A DNA stretch of 47,742 bases from a virus, in the IMG/VR virus record IMGVR_UViG_3300038336_000104, positions 1 through 47,742 of that record; one strand, given 5' to 3'. Both the position numbers and the translations under genes were made by a program. Below, in pieces: positions 32,151 through 39,626 of this stretch (position 1 is the stretch's first letter; the number at the start of each line of letters is the position of its first letter). The notes below the pieces were generated by a model. That model ran no database searches. It was not told the DNA's origin and saw only the letters and a program-made list of their open reading frames with translations.

Positions 32151-33477
32151 CGGAAACTACGCGCTGGTAGATACCGGCACGTTTTTGTTTTCGGCTGAAA
32201 TTTCGGCCACCGACAGAACGCCATCCACAGGTGTGCAGCCGTATTTTACAGGAACCGGCACCACGCCCATGCAAATCGGAAGGTTTTCGATTGTGCCTTA
32301 TGGTGATCAGAACACGCTTCCGGGAGATATCCGCGCCATGCTGGATGAAAACAATGTTTCGCCTGAAATTCTGTTAAAGAAAACCCATCTGCTCTGGGGC
32401 CAGGGCCCTGAATTGTACGAAATAAAGTTTAGTGATGGCCAGCGCAAAAAGGAATTTGTAACCGATCCTGAAGTATCTGCATGGCTAAAAGATTGGGATT
32501 ATCAGCAATATTTGCTTAAATCGTTGGTGGAGTTTGAGCATGTAAACGGCCATTTCCCAAAGTATTTTCGCAACCGTGCTGCGCGTATTGGCGGTAAGCC
32601 CATGATTGCCAAACTTGAGTGTGTAAGTGCCATCGGTGCCAGGCTCGAATATCCGGATGATTATGATAGAATAAACCACATCATTACAGGGGATTTTGAA
32701 CAGCCTTTTAGGGATGATTTTCGTCAGTATCCTATATGGAACCCGATGGATCCGTTCCGGAACCCGGTGAGCATGCGCTACAGCAATATGTACAGCTTTG
32801 CCCTGGAAAATGAGTATTCGCGCCCTTCATTCTTTGGTTTGTTCAACTGGATTAAGCTTGGATCGAGTTTGCCTATTCTGTTACTCAACTTTAACGCCAA
32901 TGCGGCTGCCATCCGGTATCATATTGAGGTGCCTGCCTTGTATTGGGCGCAAAAGGAAGATATGTTGCGTAAAAATTGCGAGCTGCTGGGTATTGAGTAT
33001 AAAAACAGCATGCTTGAGGATTTAAAAACTGAGGTTTTTTTAAAATTTGGTGAAGCGCTGATTGGCATCGAAAAGGCAGGTAAGATGATCACCTCTGAAA
33101 CCATCTATGATGATTTAGCCCAGGAATACGTTGGATGGAAAATTAACACCATCGACCAGAAGGTAAAGAACTTTATCAGCGCCCAGGTGGAAATTGCCAA
33201 ACGTGCCGACTTTGAAATCACCGCCGGCTTTGGCTTGCATCCTGCCCTGAGCAATATGAGCGCCGATGGTAACCTGCCTTCCGGATCTGAACAACTATAT
33301 GCATTCAAACTTTACCTGGCTACCTCGGTGGATATCCCGGAAAGTATTGTTTGTAAGGATATCAACATGGCCATTGCTGCTAACTGGCCTAATAAAACGG
33401 TGAGGATGGGCTTTTACCACGATGCCGTATTAACGGAATCGCAGACTTCACCAGGAGACAGAATTAAAAACAATTAA
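32134..33477 (+). CDS. Portal protein candidate
   Basis: 447 aa, the first large structural gene after the terminase once the island is ignored. The size and position fit a portal, but I recognised no diagnostic motif. Confidence 0.5.
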   Translation: MRISSNGNYALVDTGTFLFSAEISATDRTPSTGVQPYFTGTGTTPMQIGRFSIVPYGDQNTLPGDIRAMLDENNVSPEILLKKTHLLWGQGPELYEIKFSDGQRKKEFVTDPEVSAWLKDWDYQQYLLKSLVEFEHVNGHFPKYFRNRAARIGGKPMIAKLECVSAIGARLEYPDDYDRINHIITGDFEQPFRDDFRQYPIWNPMDPFRNPVSMRYSNMYSFALENEYSRPSFFGLFNWIKLGSSLPILLLNFNANAAAIRYHIEVPALYWAQKEDMLRKNCELLGIEYKNSMLEDLKTEVFLKFGEALIGIEKAGKMITSETIYDDLAQEYVGWKINTIDQKVKNFISAQVEIAKRADFEITAGFGLHPALSNMSADGNLPSGSEQLYAFKLYLATSVDIPESIVCKDINMAIAANWPNKTVRMGFYHDAVLTESQTSPGDRIKNN

Positions 33478-33481
33478 AATT

Positions 33482-33739
33482 ATGAGTGCCTTAAAACCAA
33501 TAGAATTTAAAGAATCCAATAAAGTATTGACCAAGCCACAAAATATGGATGAAGAATGTGGCGATTTACATGTTTTTAATGATGGTAAACAAAGCATAAG
33601 TTGTTGGAGATTATCATTTAAACAACGAATCAGCGCTTTATTATTTGGCCGTATATGGCTGAGTGTTTTTGGAGGAATAACACAACCTCCCGTTTGGATT
33701 GATTGCTCAAAAACCGTTTTCATCGATAAGGAGGAATAA
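33482..33739 (+). CDS. Hypothetical small protein
   Basis: 85-aa ORF, tightly packed. Confidence 0.55.
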   Translation: MSALKPIEFKESNKVLTKPQNMDEECGDLHVFNDGKQSISCWRLSFKQRISALLFGRIWLSVFGGITQPPVWIDCSKTVFIDKEE

Positions 33740-33741
33740 CC

Positions 33742-34731
33742 ATGCTTTTTAACAAATCAAATAACGGCCAAGCCGAATTAAAATCCCTGATGGGTTTTCT
33801 GCATGCCTCGAATACTTTTGCGAATATAGAAACCGATATCCTGCTGGAGCATGAAGCCATGACAGAGCTAATTGGTAAACCGGTGATGGACAAAGCCCAG
33901 ACTCACTACGATTCGGCGGCTTACAACACAGGTGGCGATGTAAAATTACTTGATGACCTGGTGCATTACATTCAGTTGCCTGTGGCGTATTATGCCACAC
34001 ACAATTACGCTTCGCACAGCGATGTTACCCATGGTGACGATGGCCGTAAGGTGGTGATTGATTCGGCCAACGAAAAAATGGCCTGGGAGTGGATGATTGC
34101 CCGTGATGATGAAGCCACGCTAAATAAAGCCCATAAAACCACCGACCGGCTGATCGCTTTTCTGGAGGCCAATGCGACTAACATTGCCGAATGGAAGGAT
34201 TCGGCTGCCCAAAAGCTGGCACGAAGCCTGTTTATCAATACAGCCAGGCAGTTCGATGATATTTTCCCCATCGACAATTCACGCCGTTTCTTCCTGAAAA
34301 TTCTGCCATTTATCCGCGAAAGCGAGCGTAAATACCTGCTACCGGTACTGGGAAAAACCCGCTTTGATGATATTAAAGCAGCTCTGTTAACCGGAAATTT
34401 TACCGATTACGAAGATATGCTGCTGCTTATCCGCGTGCCATTGGTATATTACTCATTGAGTTTGGCTGTTAAACGATTGTCGATTAACATGCTGCCCAAT
34501 GGCATTTTTCAGGATTATATCAGCGACAGGCTGACCATGAAGGCCAAGCAACCGGCTCCAACGGATGTAAGGCGCGAAATCGGCCAGAGCTTTCTGGCGG
34601 ATGCGCTGCTCGAGCTTGAAAACCTGCAAAAGGAGCTGAGCAAACTGGATGCCGAAGCCGCCGCCATTGATTATGTACCTGTTGATCCCATTGCACACAT
34701 TGACCCTGAAGCACAAATTTTTAGAATATGA
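33742..34731 (+). CDS. Head or connector-associated structural protein (unknown)
   Basis: 329-aa ORF in the structural operon. Confidence 0.6.
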   Translation: MLFNKSNNGQAELKSLMGFLHASNTFANIETDILLEHEAMTELIGKPVMDKAQTHYDSAAYNTGGDVKLLDDLVHYIQLPVAYYATHNYASHSDVTHGDDGRKVVIDSANEKMAWEWMIARDDEATLNKAHKTTDRLIAFLEANATNIAEWKDSAAQKLARSLFINTARQFDDIFPIDNSRRFFLKILPFIRESERKYLLPVLGKTRFDDIKAALLTGNFTDYEDMLLLIRVPLVYYSLSLAVKRLSINMLPNGIFQDYISDRLTMKAKQPAPTDVRREIGQSFLADALLELENLQKELSKLDAEAAAIDYVPVDPIAHIDPEAQIFRI

Positions 34732-34883
34732 GCCAAGCCGACATTTTAGAAGTTGAAACCCGCCTGAAGCAAGTAAAAATTGAACTCCGGGCAAAGTATA
34801 AATATCCAAAACAACGGGCGAAGATCCAGCAACGCGCCGACCGCCTGAAACGTTGGTTAACCGAACTGCGATGCATACAATAG
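34728..34883 (+). CDS. Small basic coiled-coil protein (51 aa, below the ORF-track cutoff)
   Basis: ATGA overlap with the previous stop. It fills the gap before the ATG at 34871. Confidence 0.45.
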   Translation: MSQADILEVETRLKQVKIELRAKYKYPKQRAKIQQRADRLKRWLTELRCIQ

Positions 34884-35752
34884 AAATACCAGAAATCAAC
34901 TTTAAAGTTGATTTTCCGGCTGAAATGTCGGAATTGAGCAACGATCAGTTTGTATTTCTGGCCGGGTTGATGCTAAAACAACATGCCGGAGAAATAAACC
35001 TGACCGATTTGTACACGGCCATGGTGCTTAAAATATTGGGCGTTACCAATGGCTATAATGATTACGATCGCCTGACAGATGAAGCCAAATTGTTTGTTTC
35101 GGACAATGTAAACCGTCTGGCCGAGTTGCTTGATTTTATCTTTATCGAGAATGAGGGTAAAATATCGCTTAATATGGCCTTTACCCGTAATTTTGTTCCT
35201 CATTTAGCCGTCAAAAATGTCCGAACCTGGTACGGACCTGCCGACGCGCTTACCGACTGCACTTTTTTGGAGTATAAAGATGCGGGAACCTATTACCGTC
35301 AGTACATGAAAACCAACGATGAAAGCGATTTAAACCGCCTGGTGGCCGTGTTGTACAGACCAAAAGACTGGCGCGGCAACAAAATTGCCTACAATGCCGA
35401 TTTAATTGAATCGCGTGCAACAAAAATTGTGGATGTACCCCTGGCGAAACGTTTTGCCGTCTTCTTATTTTTCCAGGCCATTGAAAACTATTTGCGCACG
35501 GCCACCCTGGAAGTTGACGGGCAGGAAATAAGCCTGGAGCTGCTTTACGAAACCACACTGATTGAAAAGCAGAAAAGCAAGCCTGTTAAGTACGAAAACA
35601 AAACCGGGCTGGCCGGTGTGGCACTCAGCCTGGCCGCCACGGGCATATTTGGCCCCATAGAACGGGTATATAGCCAAAACCTGTACGATGTACTTGTGCT
35701 GCTGTATAAGCAACGTGTGGAATACCTTAACCAACTCGAAAATACAAAGTAA
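34871..35752 (+). CDS. Structural-module protein (unknown)
   Basis: 293 aa from the ATG at 34871 (MHTIEIPEINFKV). Confidence 0.6.
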   Translation: MHTIEIPEINFKVDFPAEMSELSNDQFVFLAGLMLKQHAGEINLTDLYTAMVLKILGVTNGYNDYDRLTDEAKLFVSDNVNRLAELLDFIFIENEGKISLNMAFTRNFVPHLAVKNVRTWYGPADALTDCTFLEYKDAGTYYRQYMKTNDESDLNRLVAVLYRPKDWRGNKIAYNADLIESRATKIVDVPLAKRFAVFLFFQAIENYLRTATLEVDGQEISLELLYETTLIEKQKSKPVKYENKTGLAGVALSLAATGIFGPIERVYSQNLYDVLVLLYKQRVEYLNQLENTK

Positions 35753-36213
35753 TGGTCAATATAACCACCTATAACCAATACTGGCAGCACGTGGCAGCCA
35801 CCATTGCAGGGCTCGAAGCTGCTTACCTGGTAGCCAACGAGGCCCAGCTAAAAACCGTAGTGGCTAACGTGGCAGCGTACCCCATACTGGTGGCCACCAT
35901 ACCATCGGCCGATGCCGACAGCCGCGACGAAGACAACCTGGGCGAAATGAATACCGGGCTTATTTTTATTCTAAAAAAAGTAGCCGACAGCGACCGCACC
36001 TCCGCCGGCTATGTAGCCGACATGGCCACCCTGCAAACCGTGATGGCCGGCGTAAAAAGCCTGATGCTGGACGATAAAACAAACTGCGACAGCGAATACC
36101 ATGAGCTGATGTACCGCCTGCAGGTGGGCAGCATGCACCAGGATCCCGAATACAACTACCTGGGCCACGATGGGTGGAGCCTGAGTTTTAAAATTGGCAG
36201 CATAGGGATGTAA
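35752..36213 (+). CDS. Structural-module protein (unknown; head-tail joining or tail tube by position)
   Basis: 153-aa ORF whose start overlaps the previous stop. A strong terminator follows. Confidence 0.6.
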   Translation: MVNITTYNQYWQHVAATIAGLEAAYLVANEAQLKTVVANVAAYPILVATIPSADADSRDEDNLGEMNTGLIFILKKVADSDRTSAGYVADMATLQTVMAGVKSLMLDDKTNCDSEYHELMYRLQVGSMHQDPEYNYLGHDGWSLSFKIGSIGM

Positions 36214-36243
36214 AGATGCTTTTTTTTTGTTTTTTATGGTTGA

Positions 36244-36267
36244 GGGAGCCGCGAGGCTCCCTTTTTT
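36244..36267 (+). terminator. Rho-independent terminator
   Basis: gggagcc-gcga-ggctccc followed by TTTTTT. Confidence 0.85.
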
Positions 36268-36306
36268 ATATATTTGGGGAATACAATAACCCTAAAACAT
36301 AATATT

Positions 36307-36516
36307 ATGAAATTAATTTATTTGGAATGGTACAGTGGACTTGATACTGTCGTTTATGCTGTTATTGCTTTAGGAATAATATTCCTGGTATTTATGGTAT
36401 TACGTGAGTTGTTTACATGGTATTGGAAGATAAATGCCATAGTTGAAAATCAAGTGAAACAAACTAAGCTACTTGAAAAGTTGATGAATCATTTTGAAGA
36501 AGAAAAAAAAGATTAA
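36307..36516 (+). CDS. Small single-pass membrane protein (moron-like, between two terminators)
   Basis: 69 aa from the ATG at 36307, with TM segment VVYAVIALGIIFLVFMVL. Confidence 0.55.
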   Translation: MKLIYLEWYSGLDTVVYAVIALGIIFLVFMVLRELFTWYWKINAIVENQVKQTKLLEKLMNHFEEEKKD

Positions 36517-36534
36517 TGTTTGCTTGTATTGCAT

Positions 36535-36562
36535 AAAAAAGCGGGTTAATCCCCGCTTTTTT
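36535..36562. terminator. Bidirectional terminator (A-run, gcggg N6 cccgc, T-run)
   Basis: Lies between convergent genes. It overlaps the 3' end of the minus-strand RHH gene. Confidence 0.7.
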
Positions 36563-36695
36563 CTTTTTCTTTGAAGTGCTTTATGAGCACCGTCTCAATG
36601 TAATTGTTTACTGATCGATTTTCTTTTTCCGATTCCGTTTTTATCTTCTCAATCAGATCTTTTTCCAGCTTAATACTTGAGCCTATCTTTACCAT
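36546..36695 (-). CDS. Ribbon-helix-helix (Arc/Mnt/CopG-like) small repressor (49 aa, below the ORF-track cutoff)
   Basis: MVKIGSSIKLEKDLIEKIKTESEKENRSVNNYIETVLIKHF has the beta-strand, helix and NxxIE pattern of RHH proteins. Divergent from the antirepressor gene. Confidence 0.65.
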   Translation of the reverse strand: MVKIGSSIKLEKDLIEKIKTESEKENRSVNNYIETVLIKHFKEKEKSGD

Positions 36696-36725
36696 TGCCT
36701 CTGTTATTTGGTTAAATAATGACTA

Positions 36726-36805
36726 CAAAGATACATTAAAATATAAAGAAATATATAAAAGTTATTAACAATACTAGGAAATACATAGAAATACTATTAT
36801 GTTTG
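36726..36805. promoter_or_regulatory. Divergent promoter/operator region: minus-strand -7 box TATCTTTG (36726-36733), three tandem 10-bp ATAC repeats (36771-36800), and + strand -7 box TATGTTTG (36798-36805)
   Basis: Both boxes match TAnnTTTG exactly. The repeats read atactaggaa / atacatagaa / atactattat directly. Confidence 0.45.
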
Positions 36806-36828
36806 CAAAAACATTTAAACTTTTACCT

Positions 36829-37515
36829 ATGGAAACACAAGAAATCGTAATTTCAAAAAACACACTGGAGACTGTTCAATTTGGTGTAGACTTGTTATTC
36901 TGCCCTATTATAGATGGGGTGCCTTTTGTTGTATTGAATGGGATCATTAGTAGTATTGGACTAAACTATAATACGGCTATTGATAACGTTAAAGCACACT
37001 CAAGATTTGGGAAACATACCATTCAAATTCAGATTGGGAAACCTGAAAAAAACAAAAACCGACACGCCGTAAGGCGTGTCAGTTTGGAAAAAAACGACCA
37101 AAAAGAGGTATATTTTATTGAGAATACCCCTGAATGGGGGGTATTTATTGAGCAAATTAGAGGATATAAGTACACTCTTTTGCCTATACACAAAGTTGCA
37201 GGATGGTTATACTCGATTCAATTGGGAAAGGTAAAACCGGAAATTCAACCCAGACTTGAGAAATATCAGGACGAATGCGATGATGTTTTGTTCCAGCATT
37301 TTTTTGGCAGTGCTGTTCAGCGTAAAAACTTATTATTTGAAAAAGCCAGGATAAAATTGGATAGAAAAGCTGTATTGAAACGGCTTGAAAAGAACCAAGA
37401 TTATGTTATATACGTTTCGTTGTGCGCAGAAGAAATGAGGCTCGGTACTCAAATGAATAACGCTGACAAGGTAATCGTTTCAACCCAGCTTACCATGTGG
37501 GATAAACAGGATTAG
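36829..37515 (+). CDS. Antirepressor (P22 Ant N-terminal domain family)
   Basis: LLPIHKVAGWLYSIQLGKVKPEIQPRLEKYQDECDDVLFQHFF matches the conserved LP..K+.GWL..I...KVKPE....YQ.ECDDVL core of P22_AR_N proteins. I prefer the start at 36829 because 36799 lies inside the -7 box. Confidence 0.85.
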   Translation: METQEIVISKNTLETVQFGVDLLFCPIIDGVPFVVLNGIISSIGLNYNTAIDNVKAHSRFGKHTIQIQIGKPEKNKNRHAVRRVSLEKNDQKEVYFIENTPEWGVFIEQIRGYKYTLLPIHKVAGWLYSIQLGKVKPEIQPRLEKYQDECDDVLFQHFFGSAVQRKNLLFEKARIKLDRKAVLKRLEKNQDYVIYVSLCAEEMRLGTQMNNADKVIVSTQLTMWDKQD

Positions 37516-37523
37516 TAATTAAA

Positions 37524-37564
37524 GCTTAGTTGCCATTTTCAAGTGTTGAAAATGGCAACTAAGC
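37524..37564. repeat. Perfect 17-bp inverted repeat with a 7-nt loop that contains the ATG at 37552
   Basis: gcttagttgccattttc aagtgtt gaaaatggcaactaagc. Confidence 0.9.
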
Positions 37565-38208
37565 AAAATCAAACCTTAATAAAATTAAAATATATGCTTA
37601 CTAACTTGAAAAAAATTGCACATCACGTTGACTTTGTACTCAGCTTTTCCTGTACGCCATTTGAACCAGGTAAGGAACATTTGAGGGTAATAAAAACGGA
37701 CGATGAGTTTTACATTCAAATAGGGACTGTTTATGTTGCAAAACGCAACCTAAAGTCAATCATTAATGCCCTCGAAGTTATAAAAAAAGAGTGTATTTCG
37801 GAAATAAACGGAACCTTTTTTGAAGATCATTACCAGCCACATCACAACCATGAGGATGATGCTAAGTACGATCCGGAAGAGCATAACCCGTACAGCTTTA
37901 TTAAATATTGCATTATTGAAGATACGTTTAAACTTAACGGTTATCTTGAATACTTAATCGAACAATTTCCATCTTTACAACACAAATTAACATCCGGGTT
38001 AAGTATGGTATTCAAAGAGAATAAATTACCCGTGATAAAAAATGGAGAAATAAGCAACATGACTGCTACGGAATTGGCCGACGAAGGTTATTTGGAGGAC
38101 ATAAAAGCCGCTTCTATTACTGAGACGTACTACGAAACAATTCTGAAATTAGGCGAAGCCGCCAAAAACAAAGCCCCGATTTCTGAAATATTAAAACTAA
38201 TCGAATAA
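37552..38208 (+). CDS. Hypothetical protein
   Basis: 218 aa from the ATG at 37552. AT-rich. Confidence 0.6.
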   Translation: MATKQNQTLIKLKYMLTNLKKIAHHVDFVLSFSCTPFEPGKEHLRVIKTDDEFYIQIGTVYVAKRNLKSIINALEVIKKECISEINGTFFEDHYQPHHNHEDDAKYDPEEHNPYSFIKYCIIEDTFKLNGYLEYLIEQFPSLQHKLTSGLSMVFKENKLPVIKNGEISNMTATELADEGYLEDIKAASITETYYETILKLGEAAKNKAPISEILKLIE

Positions 38209-38217
38209 TAAATTAAA

Positions 38218-38351
38218 TATCTTTGTCCCGTTAATCAACAAAAATCGCCAAAACAATGATTACACTCATCTCTAAAATAGGGGAAACCCGTTGCGCCTCA
38301 CCTTCGGGTGGGCAGGCTTTGGCGAGCCTGTGTTGTGCGCAGCGGGTTTTT
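38218..38351 (+). ncRNA. Promoter box TATCTTTG plus a strongly folded roughly 120-nt unit ending in a T-run. Alternatively the 5' part of a two-micro-ORF operon (38256..38372 and 38369..38455).
   Basis: Exact TAnnTTTG at 38218-38225. A 13-bp closing stem (38284-38296 with 38337-38349, one mismatch) encloses hairpins at 38299-38310 and 38313-38330, then TTTTT. GGAGG lies 7 nt before the ATG at 38369. Confidence 0.35.
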
Positions 38352-38604
38352 CCTTTGGAGGAAAAATCATGATTAAATTAAAAAGACTAACCAATCTTAC
38401 GCCAAATTTGGTTAAATACCCACGCCACAGGCTAATTGCGTGTCGAACCGGCTAAGGCCTAGCGTCCCCACGTGCAACCAGGGATCCAACCGCGCTCCCT
38501 GGTATTTCATTAACAAAAAGGTTTATAATTAATTGGAGAGGCACTTCCGGGGTTACACAGGGTGCAAGCTGGTAACCTAACCTAAAGTGCGCTACTCGCT
38601 AAAA

Positions 38605-38910
38605 ATGAGTAAAATGCAAAAATTATCATTAAAAACATATACAAATGGGATTGAATTGATAACACTAAACGATAAAGCGGAACAATTACTTGCTGATTTG
38701 GGCAATGAAACAGAAGTAAAATCGAATAAACACGCTTTGTTTGGAGTATTGCACGGTATTGCCGAGATGGCGATAACTTTATTACCTAACAAAAATAATC
38801 CCGGAGATGAAGTTAAGCCATATTTATCAGCCGATTTACTGCAAGGAATATATGTATTAGACCAGCTCTATCAGTTCTTGGATAATTTAGAATATAAAAC
38901 TAAAATGTAA
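38605..38910 (+). CDS. Hypothetical protein (tail assembly chaperone candidate by position)
   Basis: 101 aa from the ATG at 38605, upstream of the tape measure gene. Confidence 0.5.
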   Translation: MSKMQKLSLKTYTNGIELITLNDKAEQLLADLGNETEVKSNKHALFGVLHGIAEMAITLLPNKNNPGDEVKPYLSADLLQGIYVLDQLYQFLDNLEYKTKM

Positions 38911-38911
38911 T

Positions 38912-39079
38912 ATGGACACAAAAAAGAAAGTGTATTTCCGCAATAAAGCCGAAATACAGCACATAGATCCCGGGTGCCTTTGGGAACATAAAGGCAAAAT
39001 GCTGGTACTGGTGGATGATGACCAGTACATTGCTGTAAATTTTCAAAAGCATCAACACGAATTTATCAAGGTAGAATAA
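38912..39079 (+). CDS. Small hypothetical protein (55 aa, below the ORF-track cutoff)
   Basis: ATG 1 nt after the previous stop. A strong terminator follows. Confidence 0.45.
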   Translation: MDTKKKVYFRNKAEIQHIDPGCLWEHKGKMLVLVDDDQYIAVNFQKHQHEFIKVE

Positions 39080-39100
39080 CTCCCCTAAAAACTGCCTTTC

Positions 39101-39126
39101 AGCCCCGCATGACGCGGGGCTTTTTT
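39101..39126 (+). terminator. Rho-independent terminator
   Basis: agccccgc N5 gcggggct followed by TTTTT. Confidence 0.85.
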
Positions 39127-39167
39127 ATGTCCTTTTTTGCGCGATTACTCGTGAGTAATATTGCCGC

Positions 39168-39626
39168 ATGGACGGTAAATACAATGATTTAGAACTTCTA
39201 TTTATTGAAGAAGTACTCGACCAGCATGGAGAGTACCTTACTGATTTATTGACCGAAGATATTGATAACAGGCGTCTGCCTTTGCGCGTTACTGATGACC
39301 TGATTAACAGCATTTCGTACAAAACAAGCAAATACGGTATTGACCCGGTATTGCTGATTAATTTTATGAGCTATGGCCGTGCCATTGAAATCCGTTGGCA
39401 CAAAAAAAGCGATAATACCAAAAACTGGACTACCGACACCAATCGCCAGGTGTGGGGCATAGGAGCCAATAGAAAAGCAAAAAAGAAAGATACCCGTTGG
39501 TATGCGCGCAATGTATATGGATCGCAAAACCGCCTGATATCCATTCTTTCGAACGAATTTACCGAAGAAGAAAAAGCCCGCCTGAAAGGGATCCTCGATC
39601 AACAACAAATACGCATGGCCTTATGA
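39168..39626 (+). CDS. Hypothetical protein immediately upstream of the tape measure gene
   Basis: 152-aa ORF with an ATGA overlap onto the TMP start. Confidence 0.6.
   Translation: MDGKYNDLELLFIEEVLDQHGEYLTDLLTEDIDNRRLPLRVTDDLINSISYKTSKYGIDPVLLINFMSYGRAIEIRWHKKSDNTKNWTTDTNRQVWGIGANRKAKKKDTRWYARNVYGSQNRLISILSNEFTEEEKARLKGILDQQQIRMAL

Noticed and set aside
34453-34941. A 162-aa minus-strand ORF; likewise 35250..35790 and 47080..47565 on the minus strand
   Set aside because: They are antisense to well-packed + strand structural genes. All other evidence points to a single + strand late transcription direction.
38605-39079. A programmed -1 frameshift of a tail assembly chaperone (G/GT-like) upstream of the tape measure gene
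   Set aside because: The second ORF (38912) is in the +1 frame, not the -1 frame, relative to the first. I saw no slippery heptamer near the stop. A strong terminator plus another gene separates the pair from the TMP.
39497-39622. An upstream extension of the tape measure ORF (start at 39497)
   Set aside because: It overlaps the 3' third of gene 39168..39626 in another frame. The ATG at 39623 forms an ATGA junction with that gene's stop.
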